Shown: positions 1-12,003 of the stretch, piece after piece
How positions within the stretch are numbered: position 1 is the stretch's first letter
How the letters are laid out: every line of letters starts with the position of its first letter
Assembly (NCBI RefSeq): GCF_006345805.1
Contig: NC_043003.1
Coordinates: forward strand, 86,986,001 to 87,050,000
Length of the DNA stretch: 64,000 bases
Direction: 5' to 3'
Source of the DNA: Octopus sinensis
Taxonomy: Eukaryota
Made by a program: the position numbers and the translations under genes
The notes under the pieces: generated by a model
What the model saw: only the letters and a program-made list of their open reading frames with translations
The model's database searches: none
Told to the model about the DNA's origin: nothing

Positions 1-67
1 GTTTGTCCCCTCTATGTTTAGCCTCTTGTGGGCAATAAAGATATATACATATATATATATATATATA

Positions 68-275
68 CGCCATGTTGAATCGTAGCTCCTGCATGCATTT
101 TCTTTCTCTCCTTGTTTCTCTCCTTGTTTCTTTTCTGTGTATCTTTCTGTTGAAGAGCGTAGGCTCGAAACGTAAAAGACTTGTTTTATTTATATTCCTG
201 AGCGCCATACTAATACAATTGTTTGTTTGTACTCCACCTGCCTTCGTCTTTTGTTTATTTTCGTAAACCTTCCCG

Positions 276-278
<3 letters not shown>
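68..278 (+). mobile_element. Penelope-like LTR-derived repeat (family P1) with minimal hammerhead-like motif at 142-179
   Basis: Dispersed repeat flanked by (TA)n. Contains TCTTT-CTGTTGA-A-GAGC(GTAG)GCTC-GAAA-CG-T-A-AAAGA. Related copies at 873-1080, 4532-4720 and 5414-5602. Penelope assignment is inferred from the motif type. Confidence 0.6.
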
Positions 279-305
<27 letters not shown>

Positions 306-313
<8 letters not shown>

Positions 314-494
314 ATATTTCGGAATGGTCATATTGCCAGTTTAGCCAATAAAAACACACACACACTATATATTTGGTGTTATTTTGCTTCAGTGATATTT
401 ATTTTTTACATTAATCTTAATCTTATTTCGGCCAAAGTGCGTGTGTTTTTATTGGCTAAACTGGCAATATGACCATTCCGAAATATAACAATAT
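306..494. repeat. Inverted repeat (~54-bp arms) between TA microsatellites
   Basis: 306-360 is the reverse complement of 441-494. Confidence 0.85.
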
Positions 495-548
495 CTGTTT
501 CAACACACGACTTCACATAAAAAATCTTGCACAACAAATATTTAAACG

Positions 549-579
<31 letters not shown>

Positions 580-589
580 GTACTTGGAG

Positions 590-780
590 AACAGAAAAGA
601 AACTACCTTCGAAACACGCATGGAGTCGAACTAGGGACAGCTGATGAAGGGGAATTTTCCTTGTATTGTTTGTCTTGTACTCTGTTTTTTCGTTGTTAAA
701 AAAGTCCGTTTCCATGTTTGTTTTTACGTTTTCGTTTCTCGTTGAGTTCTACGTCTATTTGTGGTGTCCTATACTCACAT
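590..780 (+). repeat. Dispersed repeat family P2 (TA-associated, possibly Penelope-derived)
   Basis: CCTTCGAAAC...CTGATGAAGGGGA motif. A homologous copy lies on the minus strand at ~39340-39510. Confidence 0.45.
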
Positions 781-872
781 ATATATATTTATATATGCAT
801 GTATATATACATGTAGATGTAGGTACGTACATATATGTATGTATGTATGTATATATTTTATTTATTTATATA

Positions 873-1080
873 ACGTTGATTCGTTAGCTACTGCACGCAT
901 TTTTTTTCTCTCCTTCTTTCTGTGTTTTTCTCTCTCTGTGTATCTTTCTGTTGAAGAGCGTAGGCTCGAAACGTTAAAGACTTGTTTTATTTATATTTCC
1001 TGAGCGCCATACTAATACAATTGTTCGTTTGTTTTCCACCTGCCTTCGTCTTTTGTTTATTTTCATAAAGCTTCCCGTTA
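873..1080 (+). mobile_element. Family P1 copy with hammerhead-like motif at 943-980
   Basis: Highly similar to 68-278. All three stems of the motif are retained. Confidence 0.6.
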
Positions 1081-1088
1081 TATATATA

Positions 1089-1119
<31 letters not shown>

Positions 1120-4116
1120 ACGCTAAATGCACAACTACCTGTATATAAATATAAACAAAAGTTCTCAGTTCAAATTCCGCCTTTCATCATTTCAGGGTTG
1201 ATAAAACATGTATCAGTTGAGCACTGCGGGGTGGGGCGTTGACTTAACCCTCCCCGATATTGCTGGCCCAGTGCCAAAAATTGAAACTCATGTTGTTGTT
1301 GCTGCAAGAAATTACTAATCAAGGAGTCGATGGTTTTGCACACGTACAAGACAAAATTTTTCCGCTAACCTATACGTGTACTTGAACCCAAAGATAAGCT
1401 CGAATTGTATCGGTTTTATGTGTTTTTACAGATCACTGATGTAGGTAGGTATGTGTAGTCAAAGACTGGTTACCATGGACTATTTTTTATAAATCGTTTT
1501 AAGTCGGTGAGCTGCCAGAATCGTTAGCATGCCGGACAAAATGCTTCACGAAATTTCGTCCATCTTTATGTTCTGAGCTAACATACCGCCGAGGTCGACT
1601 TTGTCTTTCAAAGCTTCGTGGTCGATGAAATAAGTCTCGCTGAGTTCCGGGGTCGATGTAATTGACTAGCCCCCTACCCGAAAAATTTCAGTCCTTGCTC
1701 CTATCACAGAAAAGTTGACTTATTCCGGCTCTGTCTGTTTTCAGCTCAAATCTCACCAAGAAATTTTGCTTTCAATCCTCCGAGGTCTACAAAATAAAGT
1801 ACCACGGACTTTTGTTTGATTGTTTTTCTGTTGTTTTTTAATGCTATCATTGTCTATGCCGGATGCATTACCGTCATTGCAAAGCCAGTGATAGGATACG
1901 AACCATTGATGTTTCAGTTAGTAGTCTTGACATCGTATTTATTCAACCAACTACGGTTTCTTTGATTTATTTACTATGAATGCATTCATCACAATTGTCT
2001 CATCTATCTGGATCCTTAAGTTCATTACTTGTATAATCTCCAAAGAACACCATTTATCATTAATCTAATTTCGTATACTTCGCAAATCCTAATCCCAAGC
2101 AAATTTCCTTTTCAGATCGATAGCTAGATATCAACAGGGGAATACTTTTATCAGTCGATATTAACAGCAACCATTTTATAAAACTGCATACGGCACGTTC
2201 ATATGAATATATAATGCAGAAAGGAAGTGGGAAAAAAACGAAATGAAAGACTACTACTTAATTAGAAGCTTCAGTACAAACAAAAATGATTAGTCTGGAG
2301 AAATCAATAGATTTCTAGACTTAACATGGTAGTCTATCACAATGATTATTCGATGTCCGCTTAGTTGTAATCGAACTATAGTGTGGTCACGTATTGTCAC
2401 AGAAATGAAAACATTATTCACTAGTGCTTTTTTTTCTTTTCTTTTTTTTCTTCAAACTCTTTGCAAATTAATAGCAAAAAAAAGAAGAAAGAAACAGTCT
2501 CCCATGCTCCATTTGAAAATCTCTACAATTACTACATCTGACTCACTAAAGTAAAGTTGGGAACAATTGGAAGCAGACAATAATATATTGCACTCACGGT
2601 ACGACAAAAACTGGTTGCTTATTCCCGTAAGATTGCTTCTTGTATGAGGAGGCAAAGAAAATAATAATGATGATGATGACGATGATGATTTCTTTTAAAA
2701 GCGGATATAAATGCTAGTTGATTGATTGTTGGTTGATTTCTCCTGTTACTGTATAGAGAGAGGTTATTGTATAGAGAAAGAGGGCGGAAGAGAGAGAGAG
2801 AGTAAAAGAGAGGATTAACAAAAGAAGTCGACAGAGGAACACAAAAATTGACAAGCGGTGGTAGGGGAGTGGTAAAGATGATTAAAAGTATTTAGTCCAT
2901 GGTCATAAGATAAATGACTTATTTACACACACACGCACAACCGCAGTTTATACGGAAGGATAAACTTGAGTTAGTTGCAGGAGGTAAAGAAGCAGTGGGT
3001 TTTCATAGCTAAATATAACCTTACGCTTACCTTTTTCGAATACAACTGGACTAGGTTATGGACAGATGTGTATGTACAATTTGGGCTTGTGCTTTCACTC
3101 CATTCCCTGCTTTAAAGTGACGCATAATGCTGTATGATCTGATCTCTTCGGATAAAGGAAATTTCGCTTAAATTAGACCGTGTAACACGATTTTGTCCTT
3201 GGATAGCAAATGTTATTTCTTATTTGCTTACCCCTAGAAAGTATGAAAAATGGCTAATATTTTCTTCACACTTTACTTTTGTTACATTTTGTCAAGTTCC
3301 AAAGAATCTCTCTGAGCACATGGCTATGATGCTCCCCCACAACACCTGCTCATGATAAGAGATGCTCATACTGTCAGCCACTTAGGGACATGCTCAAGTG
3401 GTTAAGGTCAAGCAAACTGGCAAGTAAGTAAATCTGTGGTACTGAGAAGAATATTTGCTATAAGGATATTTCTGCTTTAGCAATTTAACGCTGAATCCGT
3501 CCGAAATGTAATAGAAAATAGATCAGTTTCAAAACATTGATGTCCAGGTCACAGAAGCAAAGTTTGAAGGGAATGGTAGTCATTCCCTTCGATTTCTAGA
3601 GAGAAGCAAATAGGAAGTAACACGGATCAGTTCAGTTGCGATCACAGATTTAATTTTTTTTTTCTTTTTAACTAAAAAGTTTGAAACTTCGTATACTGGT
3701 GTAATTTCTCATACTGAACACGGTTCACTTTCAACATTTTAGAAAACTTTTCGTATTTTAGAAGTTACTTCGTGTTAAAGTTGTATTTGGGTAATTTTAA
3801 CCTATCAATGACGTATATTCAGTTGAAGAAAGCTACTGCTGTTTGCGATAATCGAAAAGGAACAACTTCCGGATCATCTCTACTAAATGCCACCGCTCAG
3901 TTCTATTCGTATGTCAAGCGAAGGACGAAGGGGAAATGTTGCTCCTTGGTCATAGCTGACACAAAAAACTATTATGATAATCTATTATGATAGTCAAAAC
4001 TATCATAATAAATACAGTGTACACTGTATTTATTACTATACTATTTATTACTATATATAAATGCCTCACGCTATGAGAGACTCTTAAAGTCAAAACTATC
4101 ATAATATATACAGTGT

Positions 4117-4343
4117 GGCGAGCTGGCAGAAACGTTAGCACGCCGGGCGAAATGCTTAGCGGTATTTCGTCTGCGTTACGTTGTGAGTTCAAATTCCGCC
4201 GAGGTCGACGTTGCCTTTCATCCTTTCGGGGTCGATAAATTAAGTACCATTTACGCACTGGGGTCAATGTAATCGACTTAATACCTATGTCTGTCCTTGT
4301 TTGTCCCCTCTGTGTTTAGCTCCTTGTGGGTAATAAAGAAATG
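4117..4343 (+). mobile_element. tRNA-derived SINE family A
   Basis: GGCGAGCTGGCAGAAACGTTAG head, B-box-like GAGTTCAAATTCC, and tail TGTTTAGC-CCTTGTGGGTAATAAAGAAA. Confidence 0.85.
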
Positions 4344-4531
4344 GGTATTTATTATGGCAGTTTTGACTTTAAGAGTCTCTCATAGCGTGAGGCATTTATG
4401 TATAGTATCGCCCTTAATATAAATATTTTTAAAGGGGATAATTAAAAAAAAATTTCCCTTATGAGGTTTTTCACGCTGACTACTTGATAAATTCTTATAA
4501 AGAATTTAAATCGTATATATATATATGAATT

Positions 4532-4716
4532 CGCCATGATAGATCGCTAACCATTACACACTCTTCATTTTCTTGCTTCTTTCTATGTTCCTTTTTGTGG
4601 AAGAGCGTAGGCGCGAAACGTTAAAGACTTTTTCGCTTCATGAGCGTTAAACTAATACATCTGTTTGTTGTCTACACCACTTGTCTTCATCTTCTGGGGG
4701 GGGGGTTGTGAATTCT

Positions 4717-4720
<4 letters not shown>
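4532..4720 (+). mobile_element. Family P1 copy (degenerate hammerhead-like motif 4591-4628)
   Basis: Homology to 68-278. An inverted piece of the same family follows at ~4765-4840. Confidence 0.5.
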
Positions 4721-4764
<44 letters not shown>

Positions 4765-5413
4765 AATCCAAACGGGAAAACAAAAAGACAACAACAGTGG
4801 AACAATTACAGTATTATTATTAATAGGCGCTCAGGAAATATATATATATATATATATATACATCGGTGCATATCTTTTGCATATTTTTCGCTCTAGGAAG
4901 TAGAACCACAAAAGATGATGATGATGATGATGAGTGTTTCAAATTTTGGCACAAAGCCAGCAATGTTTAGGCTAAGGAGTAAATCGATTGCTTCGACCCA
5001 GTACTTGAGGGTCGATAATAACTTTTTATTTAGGCATGATGCAACAGATTTTGGTGAAGGGCCTAGACGACTTCATTACTGAACTGTTACCAGTCCACTG
5101 GTAGGATGTGAAGCAAAGTGGACCACGATGGGATTCGACTCAGAAAGCAAAGTAACATAAATTAAATACTATTCTAGTGATTTTATCACCAGCTGTCCTT
5201 GTTAAGAAAATAAATAAAAAGTAAGATTTCTAGCAAAGACGCAAAATCACAAATATTTGGAATGAGAAGAGATCAGTTCAACGGTTCAGTCAAACTGCGT
5301 GGCACCTTGGGCTAATGCCTTCTACTATAGCCTCAGGTCGACCAAAGCCTTATAAGTGGATTTGGTAGACGGAAGCTGAAAGACCGTCGTGTACATATAT
5401 ATATATATATATT

Positions 5414-5599
5414 CGCCATGATAGATCGCTAGCCACTAAACTTTTTTCTATTTTCTCTCCCTGTTTATTTCTGTGTTCCTTTCTGTTAAAGAGTGTAGGC
5501 TCGAAGCGTAAAAGACTTTCTCACTCCCCGAGCGTTAAAATAATACAACTGTTTGTTGTTTACACACCCGTCTTCGCCTTTTGTATTTTTTTTTTGCAA

Positions 5600-5602
<3 letters not shown>
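5414..5602 (+). mobile_element. Family P1 copy (degenerate motif 5479-5514)
   Basis: Homology to 4532-4720 and 68-278. Confidence 0.5.
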
Positions 5603-5657
<55 letters not shown>

Positions 5658-5976
5658 GTAAATCCAAATAAACGAAGAACAAGCACAAAAAAATCAACAA
5701 CGCGAGGACGTGGTACGTGTAAAGTATTTACCAGCCGCTCAGATATATATACATACATGGATCATTGTGTTTGTGCTTGCGATTGCTTGACCACCAGTGT
5801 TGGTGTGTTTATGTTCCCGTAACATAGCGGTTCGGCAAAAAGTCAATAGAATAAATGCTGGGTCTAGTCTTTCGACTGAGAATACGTTAGAGCGGTTCCC
5901 CAGCATGGCTGCGGCCTAATGACTGAAAAACAAGTTAAAGATAAAAGATGTGTGTGTGTGTGTGTGTGTGTGTGAA

Positions 5977-6205
5977 GGCGCATGGCTCAGTGGTTAGAGC
6001 GTCGAGCTTACGATCCTGTGGTTGTGAGTTCGAATCCCGGACCGGGCTGCGTGTTGTGTTCTTGAGCAAGACACTTTATTTCACGTTGCTCCAGTTCACT
6101 CAGCTGTAGAAATTAGTTGCGACGTCACAGGTGCCAAGCTGTATCGGCCTTTGCCTTTCCCTTGGATAACACTGGTGGCGTGGAGAGGGGTGGCCGGTAT
6201 GCATG
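5977..6205 (+). mobile_element. tRNA-derived SINE family C (3'-truncated)
   Basis: A box TGGCTCAGTGG, B box GAGTTCGAATCCC, CORE-like CTTGAGCAAGACACTT. Other copies at 22554-22888, 32706-32960 and 59290-59545. Confidence 0.8.
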
Positions 6206-6620
6206 GAGTACTGAAAGAACAGCTCAGCCGCTCAAATGTGAATATGATGTATCTTGACTTTGTCAAAATCTTCAATGATGTTATCACAGAACGACAGGTC
6301 ACAAGCGCTGTGACATTAGTCGAGAGGGAAAACTAAATGTGTGGCTGCATGACTTTAAAAGGTTGGAGTCAGACAGCTGCAACCAACGGTGCCCTTTTAA
6401 AGAAGAGATCAATTCTAAGCAGAGTACTCCAAAGAAATATACTTCGAACATAACTGCTTGCGGTAGGTCTCTCAGTCATGCCTTCAGTAATACAGTCAAA
6501 CCCTCACCAATCATGCTGACGATACAAAAGTACCACAAACGGTCAAGGATCCTGATAATAACAAAAATCTACAAAAAAACCTGAACGTAATATATAAGTG
6601 GTCTAGTCTTCTGTAACAAG
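6206..6620 (+). pseudogene. Old CR1-type LINE reverse transcriptase remnant
   Basis: Translates to MYLDFVKIFNDV and HADDTKVPQ, matching IYLDFAKAFDKV and YADDTKVPQ of the LINE at 18.2-20.1 kb. Confidence 0.7.
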
Positions 6621-6654
6621 ACCTACAAAGTCTTTAATTATTGCAGTATCAAAG

Positions 6655-6905
6655 AAAAATGGAACTATAGAAGAATTATATTATCGACTCTGGCCTCAGA
6701 AATCTACATCCCTGTGCTTATTGAGAGAAATATTACATCCTACGATGAAATCAAAACGGCTTCCGCAAAGGCAGGTGAACACCCACAACAGATCGTTTTT
6801 CTTAGAAGGCTCATAGATGAGATTAGAATCTCCAAGCAAAAAGACATCAATTGTAATTTGGAATTTGATAGTATCACCAGAACGGCCACCATACATATTC
6901 TGACG
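6655..6905 (+). pseudogene. Remnant of a second non-LTR RT family
   Basis: Frameshifted NYRRIILSTLASEIY, (Q)NGFRKGR and QQIVFLRRLIDEIR, resembling RT N-terminal motifs. Confidence 0.55.
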
Positions 6906-7592
6906 GTTGTTAAAAGCTATTGTTATTCTTTATCTTTTATCTTTTACGTGTCTGTCATTGGACTGCGGCCATGCTGTAGTACTATTTTCAAGGCTTTAAT
7001 CGAATAAATCCACCACTATACATTTGATTAAAGCCGGTACTTATTATATCAACTTGTTTTGTGCCAAACCGCTAAGGTATGGGAACGTATACAAACCAAA
7101 ACCAGTTGTTAAGTGATAGGGGAGGACAAACACACGCAATTACATATACAGTATATATAACATTGATAGGTTTGGGCCAGTATAGGCCCAGGCCATGTCA
7201 AACTTAATAGCACCGCCTGGTGAAGTCTTTTAGTCATATATGGGGCACCATGGCCCACTCTAGCAAAGAGTTATTGTTGGAGACATCTCCGGGAGTAGGG
7301 AGTTGGACCGGGATTTTTTGAAGAAATTTGTCCAGTGAACTTTTAAATTTTATGGGATCCGTTTCCGTTTTGACGTATTTTGGTATGATATTAAAGAAAG
7401 CTGGACCGGTTGAGGTAAAGCAGTTGTGTCGTAATGTTGTTATGTGTCCTGAGTTCGATTTTTGTCGTGGGTGGATGGCACGGGGCCAAGTCTTGGGTGG
7501 ATTTTAAAACTGATACCAACATCATTTGTGCAATATTGATGGAATATTTTTTACATTTTCCGGTTATCAAGCGGTGGTGGTGGGCCAAACCT

Positions 7593-7655
<63 letters not shown>

Positions 7656-8335
7656 GTGTGTTTGGTTTGGCTCACCACCACTGCCATATAACCGGTGTGT
7701 GCTTTTACGACCCCGCTAATTTAGCGATTTCGGCCAAAGAGATCGATAGAATAAGTATCAGGCTTAACAGAAAAATAAGTATTGGGCTCGATTCATTGGA
7801 CATAAACAAATTTTTAAGGCGGTGCCCCAGCATGGCCACAGCCAAAATAACTGAGACAAGTAAAAGAATAAATGGATGTTGATAAAGTTTGTTCTTGATC
7901 TAATTTTAGTACAATCGAAATTTGTCTTATCTACCCTGACCCTGAATATACAGCTCGGCCGTTTACTTCTTACTATTGTGTATATATGTGCGTGAGTGTG
8001 TGTATGTGTGTGTGCACGTGCTTGCGTACATGTGTGTGTGTGTGTTTGTGTTTACATGTTTTTGATTGTTTGTGTATGTGTGTGTGTGCTTCTATCCCTT
8101 ATTTCCTGTTGCTGACCCTCTAATCCCCCGTGGTCAATCATTTAGTTCTTTTGCTTATTGAAACGTTATTCTGCTCCACTCACCACTAAATATGTTATTG
8201 TTTACTGAGACCTCCGGACCAGATGTTCGACTCATCAACAATTAAATCTCTTCTCATGTTACTCTCCATCCCTTGACCACTAACAACAACAACAACACCA
8301 GCACCTAAAAAAATAATATACACTTGACAAGTACG

Positions 8336-8393
<58 letters not shown>

Positions 8394-8479
8394 CCCTCCT
8401 TCTTCCAGAGCGCCTAATAATAGTACTTTAATTGTTACACGTGTTGTTGTTTTTTCTGTTTTTCCGTTTGGATTAACCT

Positions 8480-8532
<53 letters not shown>

Positions 8533-9117
8533 AACACTCACACGTGCCGACGCACGCAAACAAGCACTATACACATATATCTATGTACCATATGTGTATG
8601 TGTATGTGTGTATACACACACATATATACATACACACGCACGTACACATACTCTCTCTCTCTCTCTCTCTCTCTCACCCTCTCTTTCTCACACAGACATA
8701 CACACACATGCCGATATACACACACACCACATATAAATTGCTGATTGACACCAAACTATCATCATTTGAACTGAAGCCCTAAATATCATTTAGTTTACCT
8801 ACTTCCTTCTTTGGCAGCAGCGCCAATATTTTTGGCCACCAGTTATATATATATATATATATATATACATATATGTAAATATACATTTAAAGAGACAGAC
8901 AGACGAAAGTGAACAAACCACGCGTAAGTACCCGTTAATCTTCTATAGTTTACTTGTATCGGTCAGAGGACCGTGGCCTTTGACCCTTGAGGGCCCATAT
9001 AATATTTTGTTAAAAATTTTATGCAATTAATTAGTTACACTTCTACAATACGCAAAATATTTAATTTTTATACAATTCCTTATATACAGCGAGGTCCAGT
9101 TGATTAAAATGGGAACT

Positions 9118-9200
9118 GGTACTACTAGCGAATACTGGTCCCGGTGCGCGCGTCCGCGCTAGCTAATCGTAAGTAGTCGATCCTACAACGACTTGCGCGT
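9118..9200 (+). mobile_element. Left terminal inverted repeat of the Merlin-like MITE family, cut by a SINE B insertion
   Basis: GGTACTACT...TGGTCCCGGTGCGCGC...TAGTCGATCCTACAACGACT matches the TIRs at 12004-12318. Confidence 0.65.
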
Positions 9201-9201
9201 A

Positions 9202-9417
9202 TACTCTTACTCTTTACTCTTTTACTTGTTTCAGTCATTTGACTGCGGCCATGCTGGAGCACCGCCTTTAGTCGAGCAAATCGACCCCGGGACTTATTCT
9301 TTGTAAGCCCAGTACTTATTCTATCGGTCTCTTATGCCGAACCGGTAAGTTACGGGGACGTAAACACACCAGCATCGGTTGTCAAGCAATGCTAGGGGGA
9401 CAAACACAGACACACAA

Positions 9418-9448
<31 letters not shown>

Positions 9449-9616
9449 CATATATACGACAGGCTTCTTTCAGTTTCCGTCTACCAAATCCACTCACAAG
9501 GCATTGGTCGGCCCGGGGCTATAGCAGAAGACACTTGCCCAAGATGCCACGCAGTGGGACTGAACCGGGAACCATGTGGTTGGTTAGCAAGCTACTTACC
9601 ACACAGCCACTCCTGC
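9202..9616 (-). mobile_element. tRNA-derived CORE-like SINE family B, full length
   Basis: tRNA-like head, CTTGGGCAAGTGTCTT core motif, internal (TA/CA)n, and a stem-loop tail with (AAGAGTA)n. Other copies at 14574-15060, 20570-20945, 22299-23078, 53980-54325, 56665-57578 and 59686-60062, plus half copies. Confidence 0.9.
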
Positions 9617-10200
9617 AAATTTTTTACAGAATAAAATAATAGAATTTTTTAAAGAAAGTAAATGAATTATTTCTTAGAACAATGTATATAAATCAAATAA
9701 AAAGCAAAGTAAATAATTTTTTTAACTAAAAAAATTTATTATTTTTTAAAACAATATATATGATTTTTTTTACACAAATTAAATATTTTTTGAACAAAAA
9801 TGGAATAAATTAAGAGAAAAACAAGAATTATAAGGAATTTTTAAATTTTTATTTCTGTGTTTGCGTTGATAGCGAACCCAAGTGAATCGGTGTTGCTTTT
9901 TACCTTTAAGATGTTGTCAACACACGACAAGGAAATGAAATCCCAGAAAGAAATATTCGTTTAGAAAACGTAGACAAAAGATAGAAATTGACATAATACA
10001 CATCAAATGTTTATGGACCTATTTCAGACCTCCGCCCAAATGGTACTTTAATATTCCATTTTATTTATTTCCCAGACATGATAAAATTGTCAGTCGGTTA
10101 TTCTTCTCTACAAGACACCATAATATTAGCAGAAATGAAGAAACGTGGGTGTTTCATTGGCAGGAATGTTTTCCCGCCACTGAAAGAGTTTCCCTCATTA

Positions 10201-10615
10201 GGCGGCGAGCTGGCGGAAACGTTACCACGCCGGGCGAAATGCTTAGCAGTATTTCGTCTGCCGCTACGTTCAAGGTTCAAATTCCGCCGAGGTCGACTTT
10301 GCCTTTCATCCTTTCGGGTTCCATTAAATAAGTACCAGTTGCGCACTGGAGTCGATATAATCGACTTAATCCGTTTGTCGGTCCTTATTTGTTCCCTCTG
10401 TGTTTAGCCCCTTGTGGGTAGTAAAGAAATAGGTATTTCGTCTGCCGTTACGTTCCAAGTTCAAATTCTGCCGAGGTCGACTTTGCCTTTCATCCTTTCG
10501 GAGGTCAATAAACTAAGTACCAGTTTCGCACTGGAGTCGATGTAATCGACTTAATCTTTTTGTCTGTCCTTGTTTGTCCCCTCTATGTTTAGCCCCTTGT
10601 GGGCAATAAAGAAAT
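10201..10615 (+). mobile_element. SINE A full copy plus 3' partial copy (dimer)
   Basis: The second unit restarts at GGTATTTCGTC (10432). Confidence 0.85.
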
Positions 10616-12003
10616 ATAAAACATTTTCCTCAGAAAGTTGTTATGTGCAAATCTACACAATTGAACGTATGAGAAACAAAATTGGAATTTTGAAAGAAGT
10701 ATTTATAAAGCGATAATTTCATTTGTTTGAAATGTAAAAAGGAATAGTTAATGGAATAACGGGTGGAACAAAATTTCATTCTTCTTTTTTACCATAGCAA
10801 CTGGAGGTCCCAGTGGAAAAAAAGTAGCTCTTAGCGCATATTATTCAATGACATTTTTCAGAGATACGCTTTCGAGAATATAGCTTATGTTTATCACGAA
10901 TTTTATTTATTTATTTGTTGGTGGCGTTTCAGATCATCCACCCACAACACTATATCTTTTGTATATTTTTTTCCTGAAAAAAAATTGCCAGCATGATAAT
11001 GGAAGAAATATGTATTGGAAATAAGCATTAAGCATTGTACAGACTTTTATCAAGATAAAAGTAATATTCGCTTTTGAAAACATATCTCGGAAAAATTGTA
11101 TGAAAAATATGTATCTAGCCAAATTCGTTAACGGAGATGAATGATCCATCAAAAGTAAAATAAATGATAATTTCAAATTTCCCCCAAGGTAATCGTAAAC
11201 TTTGCTATCAAAAATGTATCTCTGAAAGATTTCTTTAGCAGAATGAAACAAAATCGGGGATGAGGGCGCCAGAAATGAGACAGTGATAATAAGAACAATC
11301 GATGTTTTGATTTTGTCGAGTTATATCGAAGGAATGCCTGTTTCTATTCATTCTTTATGCGTTCTGGGAGATTTGAACATAAATCTCTCAACGCTGTTGT
11401 TCTTCGTCATTGGAGAACACTTCATACTTTCAGTTGGCGTGGCTCAGAATGTCTAGGTTATTCATCATTGAGTAGACCGAATCAGGTTGAAATACTAAAC
11501 TGGCGATATACTGGCGTACTGAGCGAACGCACATTATGTCACTGAGAAGTTTCTCAGCGGCAAAATATAACAGCTAATACCGTTTCTACAACATATGAAC
11601 ATTTTTCACACAACAGTATTTTAGTAAAAGAATATATTGTTTTTCTCAACGGTGATCTTTTAACGAAAATCGCCAAAGCAACACGATCGCACAAGCATGC
11701 ACGTACACAGGACTGTTTATAGTTGACAAGAAAAACATGTGCTTTCAAAACCTGTTTTCTGATTGGATAAAAAATTTTTACGGAGATAAGCGAAAATCGT
11801 GATTGAGACTAAATACTCTTGAGAATAAAATAAGAGGTTTGCAGCATATTAGGAGGCCAGGATACGTGATTTCATGCAAAATATTTTATTTTTTCTTAGT
11901 GAAAATCGTGTATGTGAAAAAGATTGATGGGGGTGGAGTATGTGAAATTTCCGAGGCTTTCACCTCACCTCACCCCGTTTTTCGGACCCCCAAAAGGGTT
12001 TTG

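Noticed and set aside
227-1003. Short ORFs with YIYIYI, CVCVCV, SLSLSL or THTHTH runs (many more across the window)
   Set aside because: Microsatellite translations.
1801-2554. Hydrophobic-then-Cys/basic peptides resembling the 23.4-kb protein
   Set aside because: Produced by T-runs and A-runs, need frameshifts, and adjoin SINE debris.
5977-6050. tRNA genes at SINE heads (also 32308, 4117, 14574)
   Set aside because: A/B boxes are present, but there is no closed cloverleaf acceptor stem and each runs into a SINE body.
11290-11570. Possible Tc1/mariner N-terminal remnant on the minus strand
   Set aside because: Only vague DE-PR and RTT-RDL similarity with several stops; no TIR or catalytic motif found.
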